A program made the translations under genes and the position numbers. 64,000 nt of DNA from assembly GCA_964106645.2 (NCBI GenBank), contig OZ067048.1; one strand, written 5' to 3'. The stretch comes from Podarcis pityusensis (Eukaryota). Below, in pieces: positions 27,271 through 40,589 of the stretch. A model generated the notes under the pieces. The model worked only from the letters and a program-made list of their open reading frames with translations, was not told the origin of the DNA and made no database searches. Each line of letters starts with the position of its first letter. Positions within the stretch are counted from its first letter, which is position 1.

Positions 27271-27338
27271 AAATAGCCCAGCTAGCAAACTATGACAGTG
27301 GAACTGCAGCAACTCCAGAAACTGATGAATCAGTTAGT
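27271..27338 (+). CDS. MAST4: MAST4 exon 9 EIAQLANYDSGTAATPETDESVS
   Basis: tattgtag acceptor, gtaagt donor; 68 nt. Confidence 0.92.
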
Positions 27339-27923
27339 GTAAGTCTTTTGCTACATTGGCCTATGTTTTCTTATAATGAGTTCAAAATAAACAGTTGGCT
27401 GTATTGTTTCATTTCATTATCTTATAAAAGTGTGCAGCATACACCCTATTTGTCTTCAGTAATCAATATAAATGTAGCAATTATATGAGAAATTAGTTTG
27501 GAGGGTTACTTTCTTTATTCTATTATTTATGTATTTAGTTGTAATCAAAGACCACTCTTTTTTGACAATATTATTTTTGCTTTATAGTAATATAAAAAAT
27601 AAAAATAAGTAATTTGTGCATTTTGTGAAATAGAAGAGAATGATTATCTGCACTGCCATTCTATTTATTAATCAAGCAATTTCTCCAGTAAGAGAGCACT
27701 TCTAGGACTTAGCACCTAGACATTCTGTTGTTGTGCCCATAACCTCGGTTTAAGGTGCCATTTAGCTCCTATCTTTCATATCTCAGTTTCTAACACTGGT
27801 TCTAAGTAGACCCACTTTGTATACAGTGGTATATACTGTGGTATCTACTTTGTATACCACTGTATATTGCAACTTTTTATGTCTAGTGTAACTGGATTTC
27901 TTTTTTTAAAATTTCTTTTAAAG

Positions 27924-28009
27924 AGTTCCAATGCATCCCTTAAACTTAAAAGGAAGCCTCGTGAAAGTGATTTTGAGACAATTAAGCTGATTAGTAATGG
28001 AGCATATGG
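27924..28009 (+). CDS. MAST4: MAST4 exon 10 SSNASLKLKRKPRESDFETIKLISNGAYG (start of kinase domain, Gly-loop)
   Basis: cttttaaag acceptor, GG|gtgagt donor; 86 nt. Confidence 0.94.
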
Positions 28010-28810
28010 GTGAGTACTCTTATAATAAATAAGGCTCATAGCTTTTGCATGCAAGTTTGTATACTGTTCAAAATGAAACTGCTTACTTCTTGGCTGGTAA
28101 ACAAGTTTGTATAGAAAAATGTAATTAAATAATTCTTCTATGTTGGTAATGAAATGAATAGCTCTTAAATGGGGAAAGGGGTTCCCATTTTTTTATTATT
28201 ATTTTATCTTTGGTACAACTTCTGCTTAAAATAGAGTCTCTTTACCTTGCATAATATGCAGCATGTGCATAAAGCTTATGTTGAAATCATTTGGCTCTTT
28301 CATTTTTTTTCATTGTTTAGTATTAACAAAACACATTCATTGGTTTTCTTTATTTGTTTGGGTTATTAATGCTAAGTTCAGAAGGTTAGAATTCTGATCC
28401 CCTGTGTTCAGTCAAATTGGACCACTATTTCCAAGTAAAAAGGTAGCACTTACTAATAACTTAGCTGTTAAGAATTTTAGTACCATTAAACAATAATTAT
28501 ACTATTTCTTTTGTGGATGCAAAGCAATAAACTGTTTCACAGGCACTTAATGCTGTTTATTACTAGTATAAACTGAAAATAAAGTTAATGTTGTCAGACA
28601 GCATTTTTCCTTTTGGTGTTTTCTAGGCCATTAATTTTCTGCAGTCCCATAAATAAGTGAGGTCTAGCTTATGGTTCATTGATTTATTTTCAGAAATGTC
28701 ACCGGGTATATTTTTCTGATGTAGTTCATTAATGTTTTTATTATGATAGTGTAACATGCTGTTTCTTCCAAATGGGAGCATTTTGATTGAACCAAATATG
28801 TATGTATATA

Positions 28811-29126
28811 AAAAGGTAAAGGGACCCCTAACCATTAGGTCTAGTTGTGGACGACTCTGAGGTTGCAGCGCTCATCTCACTTTACTGGCCGAGGGAGCTG
28901 GTGTTTGTCCGCAGACAGTTTTTCCGGGTCATGTGGCCAGCATGACCAAGCCGCTTCTGGCAAAACCAGAGCAGCACACGGAAATGCCGTTTACCTTCCC
29001 GCCGGAGCAATACCTATTTATCTACTTGCACTTGACGTGCTTTTGAACTGCTAGGTTGGCAGGAGCAGGGACCAAACAACGGGAGCTCACCCCGTCACGG
29101 GGATTCGAACTGCCGACCTTCTAATC
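28811..29126 (-). mobile_element. Sauria SINE with partly truncated head
   Basis: Reverse complement of the 54596 copy (aaaggtaaagggacccct...ggattcgaac). Confidence 0.9.
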
Positions 29127-30877
29127 TTTATTTGTTTGGTTCTGTTATGGAATTAGGTGCCTTCATTAGAGAGCTTACATGCTGTGTTTCAAAATATAAT
29201 TCTTGATTTTGCATAATTTGGCATAAATTATCAGATTTATTAAGTTTGATCAATTAAATATGTGAGCCTTTTCCCTAAGTTTCAGTAAGTATGTTTTTTA
29301 AAAGCTGGCTGAGAACTGGAGGAATAGATTCATTTGTATGGGGGAATAAATTCATTCATGTGAATTAAAATACTTTATATCACATGAGATACACTAGGCT
29401 ATTGGAAATGAATGGTTGAGAATATACAAGAAGTTAAACAAGCTGTGAATCAGTAAACATGTAGGATGCAGGCCAAGTCATTAATATCTTCACAAGCTGT
29501 CTTGTCTTAGACTTTCCTCTGTAAGCCAAATCTTGTGTTTCTTGCACATAAATTGTTTATTGTTGCAAATGAAATGTGTTCTCTTCACCCCCCCCCCCCC
29601 GTCCCCAATTATTTTAACCTCAGAACAGAAGTTTCATTCACAATTGTTGCACTTGCTTAATCCCTCATCGGTATGCTTTGGTGAAACAGTTCAATAGCCA
29701 TTTCTAGTTTTGTTGAAGGTTACATAATTACAGTTGCTGTGCACCTCAGGTCTTCTTGAGACTTTGCTAGTGAGCAGCAGGGAAATAAACATATGTGGCT
29801 GATACATACACAAAATAATTAACAAAACCTATTGTGTTGTTTTAAGTTTGAGAGGGGTGATGCTCTTTCACTTTTGGGATTAAAGGAACAGTGCTTTTTC
29901 TCATTTTTCCTAGTAGAATAGGAAGTATTTATAAATAAACTATCCAATTTGTAGAGATTACTATTAGCACTGTGGGGAAAATATTTCAGATCTTGTCTTT
30001 GCCAGTGTAGGGGCACTTCTGCCCTATTCACATCCTAATGAGCCATCCATAATGGGTTAGATCTAGACATGGAGGCAGGGATTATTTTTGCCCCTTTCCC
30101 CTGCACCCCCACCTTTACATTGTTCCAGAGGGTATCCCAATCTCTTAAGCAGTGGCATAGATTTTGGGGAGGAATAGGGGATGGCAGGCAGAAGTAGGAA
30201 TCTGAGAAAATTGCCTCATCTTCCCCAGGAAAGTATTTTTGGAAAATATATTCTCAACAGGAGCTCCATTTGGGTGTAAGGCATGTGTTTTTTAATAAAA
30301 GGGAAATAAATGAATTAACATTATTTATTTATTTAAATGCCAGTGGAGGACAATTCGATTAAAAGGGGAGCACAGAAATCTTTAAAGCAAATAAATAAAT
30401 GAACTGCCCTAAGTATGGTGCTCTTAATGATGTTTTTTGGCCTGTAAACTGACCGAAAGCGGGAAAATAATTCTTTTATATGTAAAAATACGTTTTTCTA
30501 AGGTGAAATCAGTCAAGTGAAAGAAGGAAAGCATCGCTGTGTTTTTGTTTATGTTTATCAAGATGTTGTGCAGACATAGTTGGCTGATAAACAGCTCTTC
30601 TTTCTATGCTCAGATTTAAAAGACACTTACCTTATGTTTGGCCAGTAGCGTTCCAATGTAGTTTGACTAGATTCCAAAGAACAGATTTGTGAACAAGGGA
30701 GTGAACCTGAGGTACTTTGGACTGCTACTGCAAAACTGCTTGTCTCTATTTAGCACTAGCAATGACTACAAAGGAAACCAGACGTCAGTCTCTGGATGTG
30801 TAGGATTTTCTGCTGTGTCTACATGCCCACTGGCTGAATCTTGACCTATATGCATGAGTTTTTCATAGTATTCCACT

Positions 30878-30901
30878 AAAAAAAAAAAAAAAAAAAAAAA
30901 A
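30878..30901 (+). repeat. Poly(A) tract of about 24 nt
   Basis: Read directly. Confidence 0.9.
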
Positions 30902-31168
30902 CTTTATCAAAAACAGTATCGATAAACAAATATATGACTGGATTCAGACATACGCATACTTTAGAGTAGACCTATAATAATACGTCCCATTGAGTCCAAT
31001 GGGTCTATTCTTAAGTACATTTGGATCCAGCCTATAGAATTAAATGGAAGATGTAATAATGAAAATGAGGTGAGGAAGAATTGGGAAAAAGCAAATTAGA
31101 TTAGGAAAATCAGTAATGTTAACTGTAATGTGGAACCCTCACAAGAGAATCACTTGATTTCAAATGTA

Positions 31169-31410
31169 CAGTGGTACCTCGGGTTACATACGCTTCAGTT
31201 TACAGATGCTTCAGGTTACAGACTCCGCTAACCCAGAAATAGTACCTCGGGTTAAGAACTTTGCTTCAGGATGAGAACAGAAATTGTGCTCTGGCGGCGC
31301 GGCGACAGCAGGAGGCCCCATTAGCTAAAGTGGTGCTTCAGGTTAAGAACAGTTTCAGGTTAAGAACGGACCTCCGGAACGAATTAAGTTCTTAACCCGA
31401 GGTACCTCTG
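31169..31410. mobile_element. 242-bp Tc1/mariner-superfamily (Tigger-like) MITE
   Basis: TIR CAGTGGTACCTCGGGTTA / TAACCCGAGGTACCTCTG, TA TSD; close copy at 50117-50350. Confidence 0.9.
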
Positions 31411-31742
31411 TAGCTGGTCTGTGCAATAATTAAATATTAAGGACTGCAAAGAAGTAATAACATTCACATTGTTATGTTTTCATATAGACAATGTGCCAAT
31501 GAAGATTTCAATTGAATGTTATTGAATGTTCTAGCAGACCGGGTTTTTAAACAGGATGCATTTGTTCCACAGTGTCATCTGCTGTACAGTTTCTCTCATG
31601 CCATATTAATGGTACTTGTGGTCTTCAGTATGTGGTTATATGTCATATAGCATTTATGTTTAAATTTTGTTAGAGTGGTTAAGCAACCATACGGTGTATG
31701 GTGCATAGCCTATTCATTCTTTCACACAACTAATTTCAGTTA

Positions 31743-31950
31743 CAGATAGGTAGCCGTGTTGGTCTGCCATAGTCAAAATAAAAAATTCCTTCCAGTAGCA
31801 CCTTTAAGACCAACTAAGTTAGTTCTTGGTATGAGCTTTCGTGTGCAAGCACACTTCTTCAGATCTGAAGAAGTGTGCTTGCACACGAAAGCTCATACCA
31901 AGAACTAACTTAGTTGGTCTTAAAGGTGCTACTGGAAGGAATTTTTTATT
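31743..31950. mobile_element. Penelope-like element remnant forming a perfect 174-bp palindrome, flanked by a 17-bp TSD
   Basis: ACAACTAATTTCAGTTA at 31726-31742 and 31951-31967; arms 31777-31863 and 31864-31950 are exact reverse complements; ggtagccgtgttggtct end and CTGAAGA..GAAAGCTC motif are typical of vertebrate PLE termini. Confidence 0.85.
31862..31900 (+). ncRNA. Minimal hammerhead-ribozyme core of the PLE type (mirrored on the minus strand); helix I truncated
   Basis: CUGAAGA 31865-31871, helix II GUGUG/CACAC 31873-31886, GAAA 31887-31890, palindromic AGCU, NUH triplet CUC at 31892-31894. Confidence 0.6.
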
Positions 31951-32054
31951 ACAACTAATTTCAGTTATTGCTTAGACTCTACAACTTGGACATGTTTAAA
32001 ACAGGTTTAGACTAAATATTGCACAAAATTATCAGTAGCTACAAATCATGATGA

Positions 32055-32240
32055 TTGTGTATTGCCTCCAGTGTTGGAGCTACCTTCTCCCTGAGACCAG
32101 TTGCTGGGGTTCATGGGCAGGAGAGGGCTCTTGCACTGTTGCCCTGCTTGTGTGGTTCCCATAGACCTCTAGTTGGCCACCACAGGAACAGAATTTTGGA
32201 CAAGGAAGGCCTTTCGTCTTATACAGCAGGGCTCATTTTA
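32055..32240 (+). mobile_element. Degenerate CR1 3' UTR fragment
   Basis: Similar to 12130-12480 and 26680-26860 (ccagttgctgg...gttggccac...ggac.ag). Confidence 0.6.
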
Positions 32241-34328
32241 GAGAGTGTATACACTATACAGGCAGCTCCCCATTTATGTGGGGGTTACATTCTGAGGCAC
32301 CACGTGTGTCTGTGAAATAAAGTATGATTGAAACCCATTGAAAAAGCCTACAAACACCCCGCCCTGCTCCTCCACCCTGCCTCTGTTCTGTCCTTTTAAT
32401 GACGTTTCAGTGATGTCTTTGTGACGTTTCTGGGTCACTTCTGGGTTCGGCATGATGTGCACATACATGATTGCACACATATTGAATGCACGTAAGCAGG
32501 GGGCTGCCTATACATTTAAAGCAAATTCTAAGCACATTCTTTCCCTCAAAGAATTCTGGGCACTGTGGGTTGTCAAGGGTGCTGGGAATTGTAACTCTGT
32601 GAGATGTTAACTCCATTGCCCAGAAGGAAATTTGAGAAGGAAAATGTACTTCAAATGTGCTTTAAAGGTGTAGCATATATGAAGCCTTATATTCTTATGC
32701 ACAATCAGTTGATTAATTAACTGTTTAGTTTTCAGGGTATTGGGGATGAGTCCAAACTCCCCCCCCGCCCCGTCCCTAAACTTTCCTGTTTATGGAAACT
32801 TTACAGAGCAGCAGGCCACTGTAGCATTTGTAGCCCCCCTCCTACACACGGTGGCTGGAGCAGTAGGTTTGCTCTGACAGCCTGGAAGTGGCACAGTATT
32901 AGGGCCAAGATCAGACCTGATGCCACCACATCACTATAGTAGGGCCAGGTTGGCAGATCACAGATAGACCCAGCCCTGCCCCTGGACAGTCCCATTTGAG
33001 GGTGTTCTGGTGGCTGTTGCTAGCGAGGATCCTGTTTGCCTGCATGTTTGGCAGGCAGAAGTGGAAGCTCCTTGCCAGCAGAGTGATGCCAGCAGGGCTG
33101 CTGGAGGGACATCTCTATCCCATCCACCCCACCCCCAGACAAAGCGGATCAGGGTGGATTGCTCTTGCCTTTTGACAAACTTAATGCAAATTATGAGGGC
33201 CACTTTCCTGTACATATGATAAACAAGAGCTCACCACATTAAAATCAAAGAGAAGAGTTCAAGGCTGAACAGGGCAAATCATTCATATTCAAAGAAGAGG
33301 GTTTGTGCAGAGAAACAAATGGGATAAAGAACCTAAACTATAGGGAAGGATTAAATATGTTTATGCCATAATTTCTGTGGCCAGCAGCAAGGAAATGAAC
33401 TTTATTGATTGAGTGTGTGGACACACACACATTCTGAGGGGATTGCGAGGAGCAGAAGCCAGTTTCAAAACGTTATTGGGCTGAGTCACATGGCTTCATT
33501 AAAGGAAGTACAAAGGATGTAACATGATTCATATTTTGCCTAAGGTGCTATGTCGTCCTGATTTCAGTGTGGTGCAATCTCTTTTGTCTGCTCCAACACT
33601 GAAATGGGAATGGTGCTGTCAGAATGAGAGAAATTAAGAGAAAGTGTATCTTAAGAAATGTTCCTGCAGTGGTAATAAGGGACAGAACTTTGACTATGTG
33701 GAAAAGATAACGCTGGTGTTATTTTTAAAAGATTGTGGGGATACAAATAAAAATAGACATATTTCAGCCCATATTCAGAAATATATAGGGGTCTGAACTT
33801 GAGTGATCAGAGGTTGGAAAGCTTCTATGTAGCAGCCATGATGTCAGCGAACTCCAGATTGACTCAGCCACAGCACAGCTGCCTTAGTAGTGATAAATTT
33901 TATTCATTGGTAATGTCTAGGATAGTGGGTGTACCACTTTCACAATTTGGAAAGAAAAGCTGTCTCATCATGAAGCTCTCATCCTCCCTCCTTTGTATTC
34001 AAGATTTCATCCTTAAGAGTCAAAGGTGGAGTCATAAATATGATGCACACTCGCAAAGTAAGCAGTTTCAGGTTTAATTATTATATTGCGCCATAATAGT
34101 TTTCCCCATCATAAAGCCTTTTAGTGAGTACTGACAAAAACATTTTCAGCATGGGTTTTTTTTTTTGGTGTGTTTTTTTTGTAACTGGCTTAATCAATGT
34201 TTAACTGGTTACCTGAAGTGGCAACTTAGGTCAGAAATTGAATCCTGGAATTCTAGCATAGTATGCATTAGAAGTAGTAGATTTAAAAACAATCTCATCC
34301 TGATTCTTTCTCTCTCTTTTCTTTTCAG

Positions 34329-34537
34329 TGCTGTTTATTTGGTGCGGTATAAAGAAACCAGACAGAGGTTTGCGATGAAGAAGATTAACAAACAGAATCT
34401 CATTCTTCGAAACCAGATTCAGCAGGCTTTTGTTGAGCGTGATATCCTGACATTTGCAGAAAATCCATTTGTAGTCAGCATGTACTGTTCCTTTGAAGCT
34501 AGACGCCATTTATGCATGGTCATGGAATATGTAGAAG
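34329..34537 (+). CDS. MAST4: MAST4 exon 11 kinase N-lobe AVYLVR...[10 protein letters not shown]...MEYVE
   Basis: cttttcag acceptor, G|gtacag donor; 209 nt; catalytic Lys motif AMKK. Confidence 0.97.
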
Positions 34538-35524
34538 GTACAGTATTGTTCTACATCCACTGGCATGCGCAGTGTAATACTGGAAGATGAGAATATTTTT
34601 ACCTTACAGATTTCCATTCTTCAGTGTCCACAATGCACACTAGAAATTAGGGATGACAAGATAGAAGATAAATCCCACTAATTCATAATGTTCACCTTCT
34701 TAAAAGGTAGGGAGCATTATAAGGGCTGAGCTGAAATTACTTCCAGATTTTCCTTGTGGCAAATTAGAGAGGTCATTGGGGGAGTGTGCAAAATGGTTAG
34801 GAGTAGTTAGGGGTGATGAGACACTTTGTTTACTATGATGATGGTTCTGTGTTCTTTCCCCCCTTTCCTTTTTTTTTAAGCTGTAGAAGAAAACCAGCAA
34901 CCACCAGCTTAGGTAGTTGAGTGGGGAGGCTTATGGGGTTGGTGAAGGAATTGGACCATGTTGTATTTAATACCTGGAAAGCTATGTTAACTATCTTCAG
35001 AAATAACAGAGCTTTTTGGTTTGGGTTAGTTGGGCTTGGTTATGAATCGAGCTCCTCAGGAGGATTCACCCATCAGTATTATAAGTAGATAAGGTAGCTT
35101 GCTTACTCAACCCCCCCTCCATGTGTTCTCCTGCTTGTGCCAGTGCCAGATGTTCATACTGAAATAGAACTTTTCTTCCTTCTTGTCCGTGTTTCTATGA
35201 GTGGATTTGCATAAATCCTTTGGTAAAGGGCAAATATTAAAAAGAGACACACATACCTAAAATGTTCAACATTAGTTTCTTTAACTAATTTGAATGTATG
35301 TAACACAATTTTAAAAAATATTAGTTTCTTTTTGTGATGTAAAGTGGCAAAAAAAGTCCTATTACTATAATAGTTTCTATTACAGTCAACATGTCTGCTC
35401 ACATGTTGACTTTAATAGAATAGTCTTATGGATACACTGTTCTTAATTATAATTGTGTGTCAAACGGAATCCTGAAACATCTCTTCAGTGTGGAATAGGT
35501 TTAATAATACACGTTATATTTCAG

Positions 35525-35663
35525 GTGGAGATTGTGCTACTTTAATGAAAAATATGGGACCTTTGCCTGTAGACATGGCCAGAATGTATTTTGCAGAGAC
35601 TGTTCTGGCATTGGAGTATCTCCACAACTATGGAATAGTACATAGGGATTTGAAACCAGATAA
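35525..35663 (+). CDS. MAST4: MAST4 exon 12 GDCATLMK...HRDLKPD (catalytic loop)
   Basis: tatttcag acceptor, AA|gtatgt donor; 139 nt. Confidence 0.97.
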
Positions 35664-36430
35664 GTATGTATATAGCATGTAACTAATAGTTGCTTGAAAC
35701 ACTAATGATATCGTATATGAAGCCTCTGGGCAAAGTGAAATGAAGTGTAGTGTAGTTTGCATGGTTTTCCTTTTCCGTGGTTTATATGTGTACTACTCAT
35801 TTCATATTGCATATTGAATGACTTCCAGGGTTTTAATTTTATTTTAATGGGCTTGTGTCCATGTAATAAAATTTTATTGATAGATAAATTCAGAATATAA
35901 TCATTTAACTGTTTTGTTTCTTTTTAAAAGAACTGCAGTTATAGTGAATTTGTTGACTGGTTCCTCTCTTATTTTTAACTCGTTGCAGCAGTGCGTTTCA
36001 AGGAGGTATTCCAGTCATAGTCCGTAGCTGAGGGCAACAGTTGTTTATATGCTTTATCCACCATTTGACACTTGTTAGGTATTGCAGTTTCTTCATGTGT
36101 CAGATCATGCAAATGTTTGCAGACTCACCTTTGGACAATAATGGTCCAGTTAAGAGGGTTAAAGCTTTTCTCAGGTGTGGATTATATTAAACAAGAGCTG
36201 AATGAAGACACTTCAGAATTTTCAAAGTTAGCTTTTTTAGAGCTGTCTAAAAACCTGCACAAATGTGTTTTGTCACATTCTTGTAGTATGATGGCCACCA
36301 TCTATGGAGAAACATCTTTATTTAGTTTCCATAGTTTTGGATTTCTTTTTGCTTCCTACTACTAAATGAAGGGAAAAAATATGTGTTATAGTTACCATAA
36401 CTTTATAAATGCTTTCCCTCTTCCCCAGCT

Positions 36431-36434
36431 TATT

Positions 36435-36477
<43 letters not shown>

Positions 36478-36480
36478 TTT
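36431..36480 (+). repeat. (TTTA)n microsatellite
   Basis: Read directly. Confidence 0.93.
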
Positions 36481-36987
36481 GTAGACATCTTCAATTTCTT
36501 CTATGATGATTCGAGGCCTATAACTTTATTTTAAGATTTAATAAAGCCTAATTACCAGCTCTATTTGCACATTTATTCATGCATAGGGCACTCAGTGTGG
36601 CAGCATGAGTGGAGTTGCACTTCTGGCCCTAAGGTTGGTGCCACAAGGCCATCCTGATCTTGATGTGTTGTCTGAAAAGGAAATGAGATTTTGAAATTAT
36701 ACCCATTGGAGAGATCAATCACACTGCTACTTCCATTGAATTATTCTTTATACCTACTAATTGGCTGTGCTATTATGGGACCGTGACATTCTCACTAGCA
36801 GTACTCCAGAAAGAGAGTCTAAGACCCCACATAACACATCCTGTATCCCTTGCCAGTTGTCGTATCCATTTGCTGGCTTTATTCCAACAAATTTCATGAT
36901 ATACTGTGACTGTAATGTGAGTTTAAATTTATGTGTTACAGCAAAAACATTATGCTGTTACAGCAGTGAAGTAGAAAGTAATAGTAA

Positions 36988-37170
<183 letters not shown>

Positions 37171-37852
37171 TAGCAGAACGCTTTAGAAACTAGATGAATT
37201 GTGCAAATTGTGTAGATGCTTTTTTATTTCTATAGTGTTGTTACAAATCTATATGTAAGAGTTACCTTTACTGTTCTAGACTTTCCCTCCTTCAATTATG
37301 GTCTATTAATAAGATGAATGATCTAATTGTGAGCAAGTGAGATTGTAAGAGAGACAAATGGAAAGTTGTTTTTATAAAGAATTCAGGAGTCTCAGCAGAG
37401 TACTTGTGGAACTCATGATGCATTGCACAATCAAGGGTGCTAAAAATCCTAGCTATGGCCCATTTCCCTTTAAGCATGCCTCATTACCATTTGCCCACAA
37501 TCTGTTCACTGTAAGAGTTACTTAAGGTAAATCCATTGCAGTTTTCATGTTATAATAAGGAGCCAATTGTGCTTAGTATAAATATATGTAATTTACTGTG
37601 ACTTCACATTAGCAAACAACATATATAAAGTATTTTTTCATGCTTTCAGTTGAGATCTGAATTGCAGTTGAATTTTGCATTTAGTTGCTTGAGTGCTTTC
37701 ATCAGAAAAGTTGAAATACATGCAGCCAAAAAGAAAGTCATGACAAAATTTGTAATTCTCAATATGTTTCTTTTAACACATTGATTGCAATCAACTTACA
37801 GTTTTATGCACAGAAATATAATTCAGGTTTGCTTTTCTTCTCTCACGTTTAG

Positions 37853-38035
<183 letters not shown>

Positions 38036-40589
38036 TGAATTATTATCCTTAAAACCATCCTCTCTAAAAATTGCCACTTGGCCAATGTTCAGTCAGGCCT
38101 TTGTGGGACAGGGGAGCTTTGAGGAAAAATGACATACACTTCAGTGTAAGAACTACTTAAATCCATCTTGCTTACTAACATATTTGCCACAATTAAAAAT
38201 GTAATTGTCTATATAATGCCCCAGAATTACAATACTGGTATGTGAACTTGTGAAACAGAGCAAGACTGAATTCAGCGAATATCATTATAATTTGATAATA
38301 CTACAGTGCTTACATTTAATATTTCTATAATGCTTAATATGTAGGAAGCACTTTACAATATATAAAAATTCAGAGCAATTTTCATCAGCAGTCTGTCAGT
38401 CTAAGGCAAAGAGGAAGGAACAAAAAAGGAGTATCAGTGCTGGTGAGCAAGAATATGATCAGGAAAAAAATTAGAAGAGTCATACTAGAAAAGCAAGAGG
38501 AAAATGTTTTTTAAAAGGAAAAGAGAGTTAGTCACAAAGAGGAGGATAAATACTTTAATCAGAAAGGAACTATTTTCTGGATAGTTAATACTTTTGGAAC
38601 TAGTACTGTCTTTTCAGCCATTAATTTTAAAAATCAGCAAAAAAAAAAGGGGGGGTTGATATGTACTTAATTTGCATAAATGGGAAAATGCCTAAGGGCA
38701 CAATGCAATAAATTAACAGAAATGTAATAAAACCCTAAAACAAATGTCTCCCAAATAATAAATAATGGGGAAAAGAAGGATTCAAATGCAGTTCACAGAT
38801 TGTTAATGATTTCACTAGTGGCCGTTACAGTATAATGTTATTTCTGTAACAGCTGTTCTTCTTTCATTTAAAATTCAATAACCTTTTAGATCTTAACCTG
38901 CAGGCCGGCCCTAAGTATTGTTATGCAGCTTGTGGCAAAACTAAATGATAATTAAACAGTATCTATCTCTATCCTACCTGCTGTTCCCTTATATTTTCCA
39001 GACGCAAAACATGTAGATGGCCACAGTTTATGCCAAATGCTTACTAGAATGACATTTCTGTTACTAGTTGTTTCCCGATCCATTCTATAAAATGCAATGA
39101 AAAGGTACACTAGTGAAGTGAACAGGGAGGGGAGGCTGCAATTATGTCTATGTTCTATTAGATCTTCCAGCTAGGCATGCTTGTAATCTAATGAAATAGA
39201 TTTGTTGGTTGCCTACAGTAAATAACCTCTTTATACAATACATTAGCTGTTTATAGATTTAAAAATATACTGTTTTTGGGGGACCTAAGCTACAAGAGGG
39301 AATCAAATGCTTAATTAAAACAAGCAGAAGTTGTTTTTGATCCCTGAGGCAGCAACAATTTTCATATTTTGTTTTTCAGAATGCATTTAAATAGCATTTA
39401 AAAAGATGTAGGCAGGAAAAATAAAATACTGTCATGCTTTTGTTGTGTTTATATTATCATGTGCATTTGTACATTTGGGTGCATGCATATGATATTATGT
39501 AATAAAGTAAGCTGGAGAAGGACATTCCAATAGCTTCAGATAACTAAAAAGAAATTGGACACTTCAGTATTTTAGCAGAAGTCGCAGAGACTGAAAATGT
39601 GCATCTTATTCTAGGTTAAAATTCTTGTTGAAATCAAACTCTAGTTAACAATTGCACCAGTAGGGGAAATAAATGTATGTGGAGACGAAGCTGAGACGAA
39701 AAAATGGTCAGTTGTTTTACCATGGTTAAAGGATACTACACTGTCCATACTGTGTATTTTAATACTAAATAAATATTAAATATTTTAAAAAAACTTTTAG
39801 TAAAGTATAATTAATACCTGGTTACAAGTTTCAATTCAAAGAATTGGCATTGCTTAGGAAGTAATTTTTCCCCTGGTGCATTTCTTCTGTGCAATGAGAT
39901 TCTTTACAAATTTCTCCCTAGGGGAAAGGAAGACTATATCTGTCAGATTCTCTTGAGTTCAGAGAATGTGTCTTTGCCATAGCTTTTTATTTAACACCCC
40001 TCCCTCCCTTTTTCACTGCTTTTCATACCCCATTTTGTGCCTGTGCATTGGAGTGATTTACCTCATTACAAAACATAAATGCAAAAAAAGTTAGGTAAAA
40101 ACTATGGTTTATTCCACCACGAAATCGCTTTTTGCATGATAGAAGTCTTCAGCATGTGTTTAGCTCTATAGGCAACCATATTTGACAGGATTCAGATATC
40201 AGGTCTTCCAAATGTGGGCTTCCTCAGAAGGCTTGGGTTTGTGTTTAAATCTCCTTCAATCAAGTTGAAAAATATGTATTTTGCTTTTCACTCCAAGTAA
40301 AAGCATTTCTGTGTAAATCCACCTAGGTAAAATTCAGCATGTGGCCCATCATAGTTGTGATGTTTAATCTGGCCCTTCTGGAGAATACCGCAATTAAGTT
40401 GTGACCTTTGCCATAGACCTGGTCTTGCATCTTGAATATAGTTTGCAAGTTGCATGACTATTTCCCCTGGGTGTCAGGCTGTTACATAGGTAAACATCAC
40501 CACCTACTGTCCAAGGCAGGAAATGTTCAGAGCCAAGGAGTATGTAGCTATTTCCTGTCCTCATCCAGTCCATTTCCTGCCTTTGTCCA

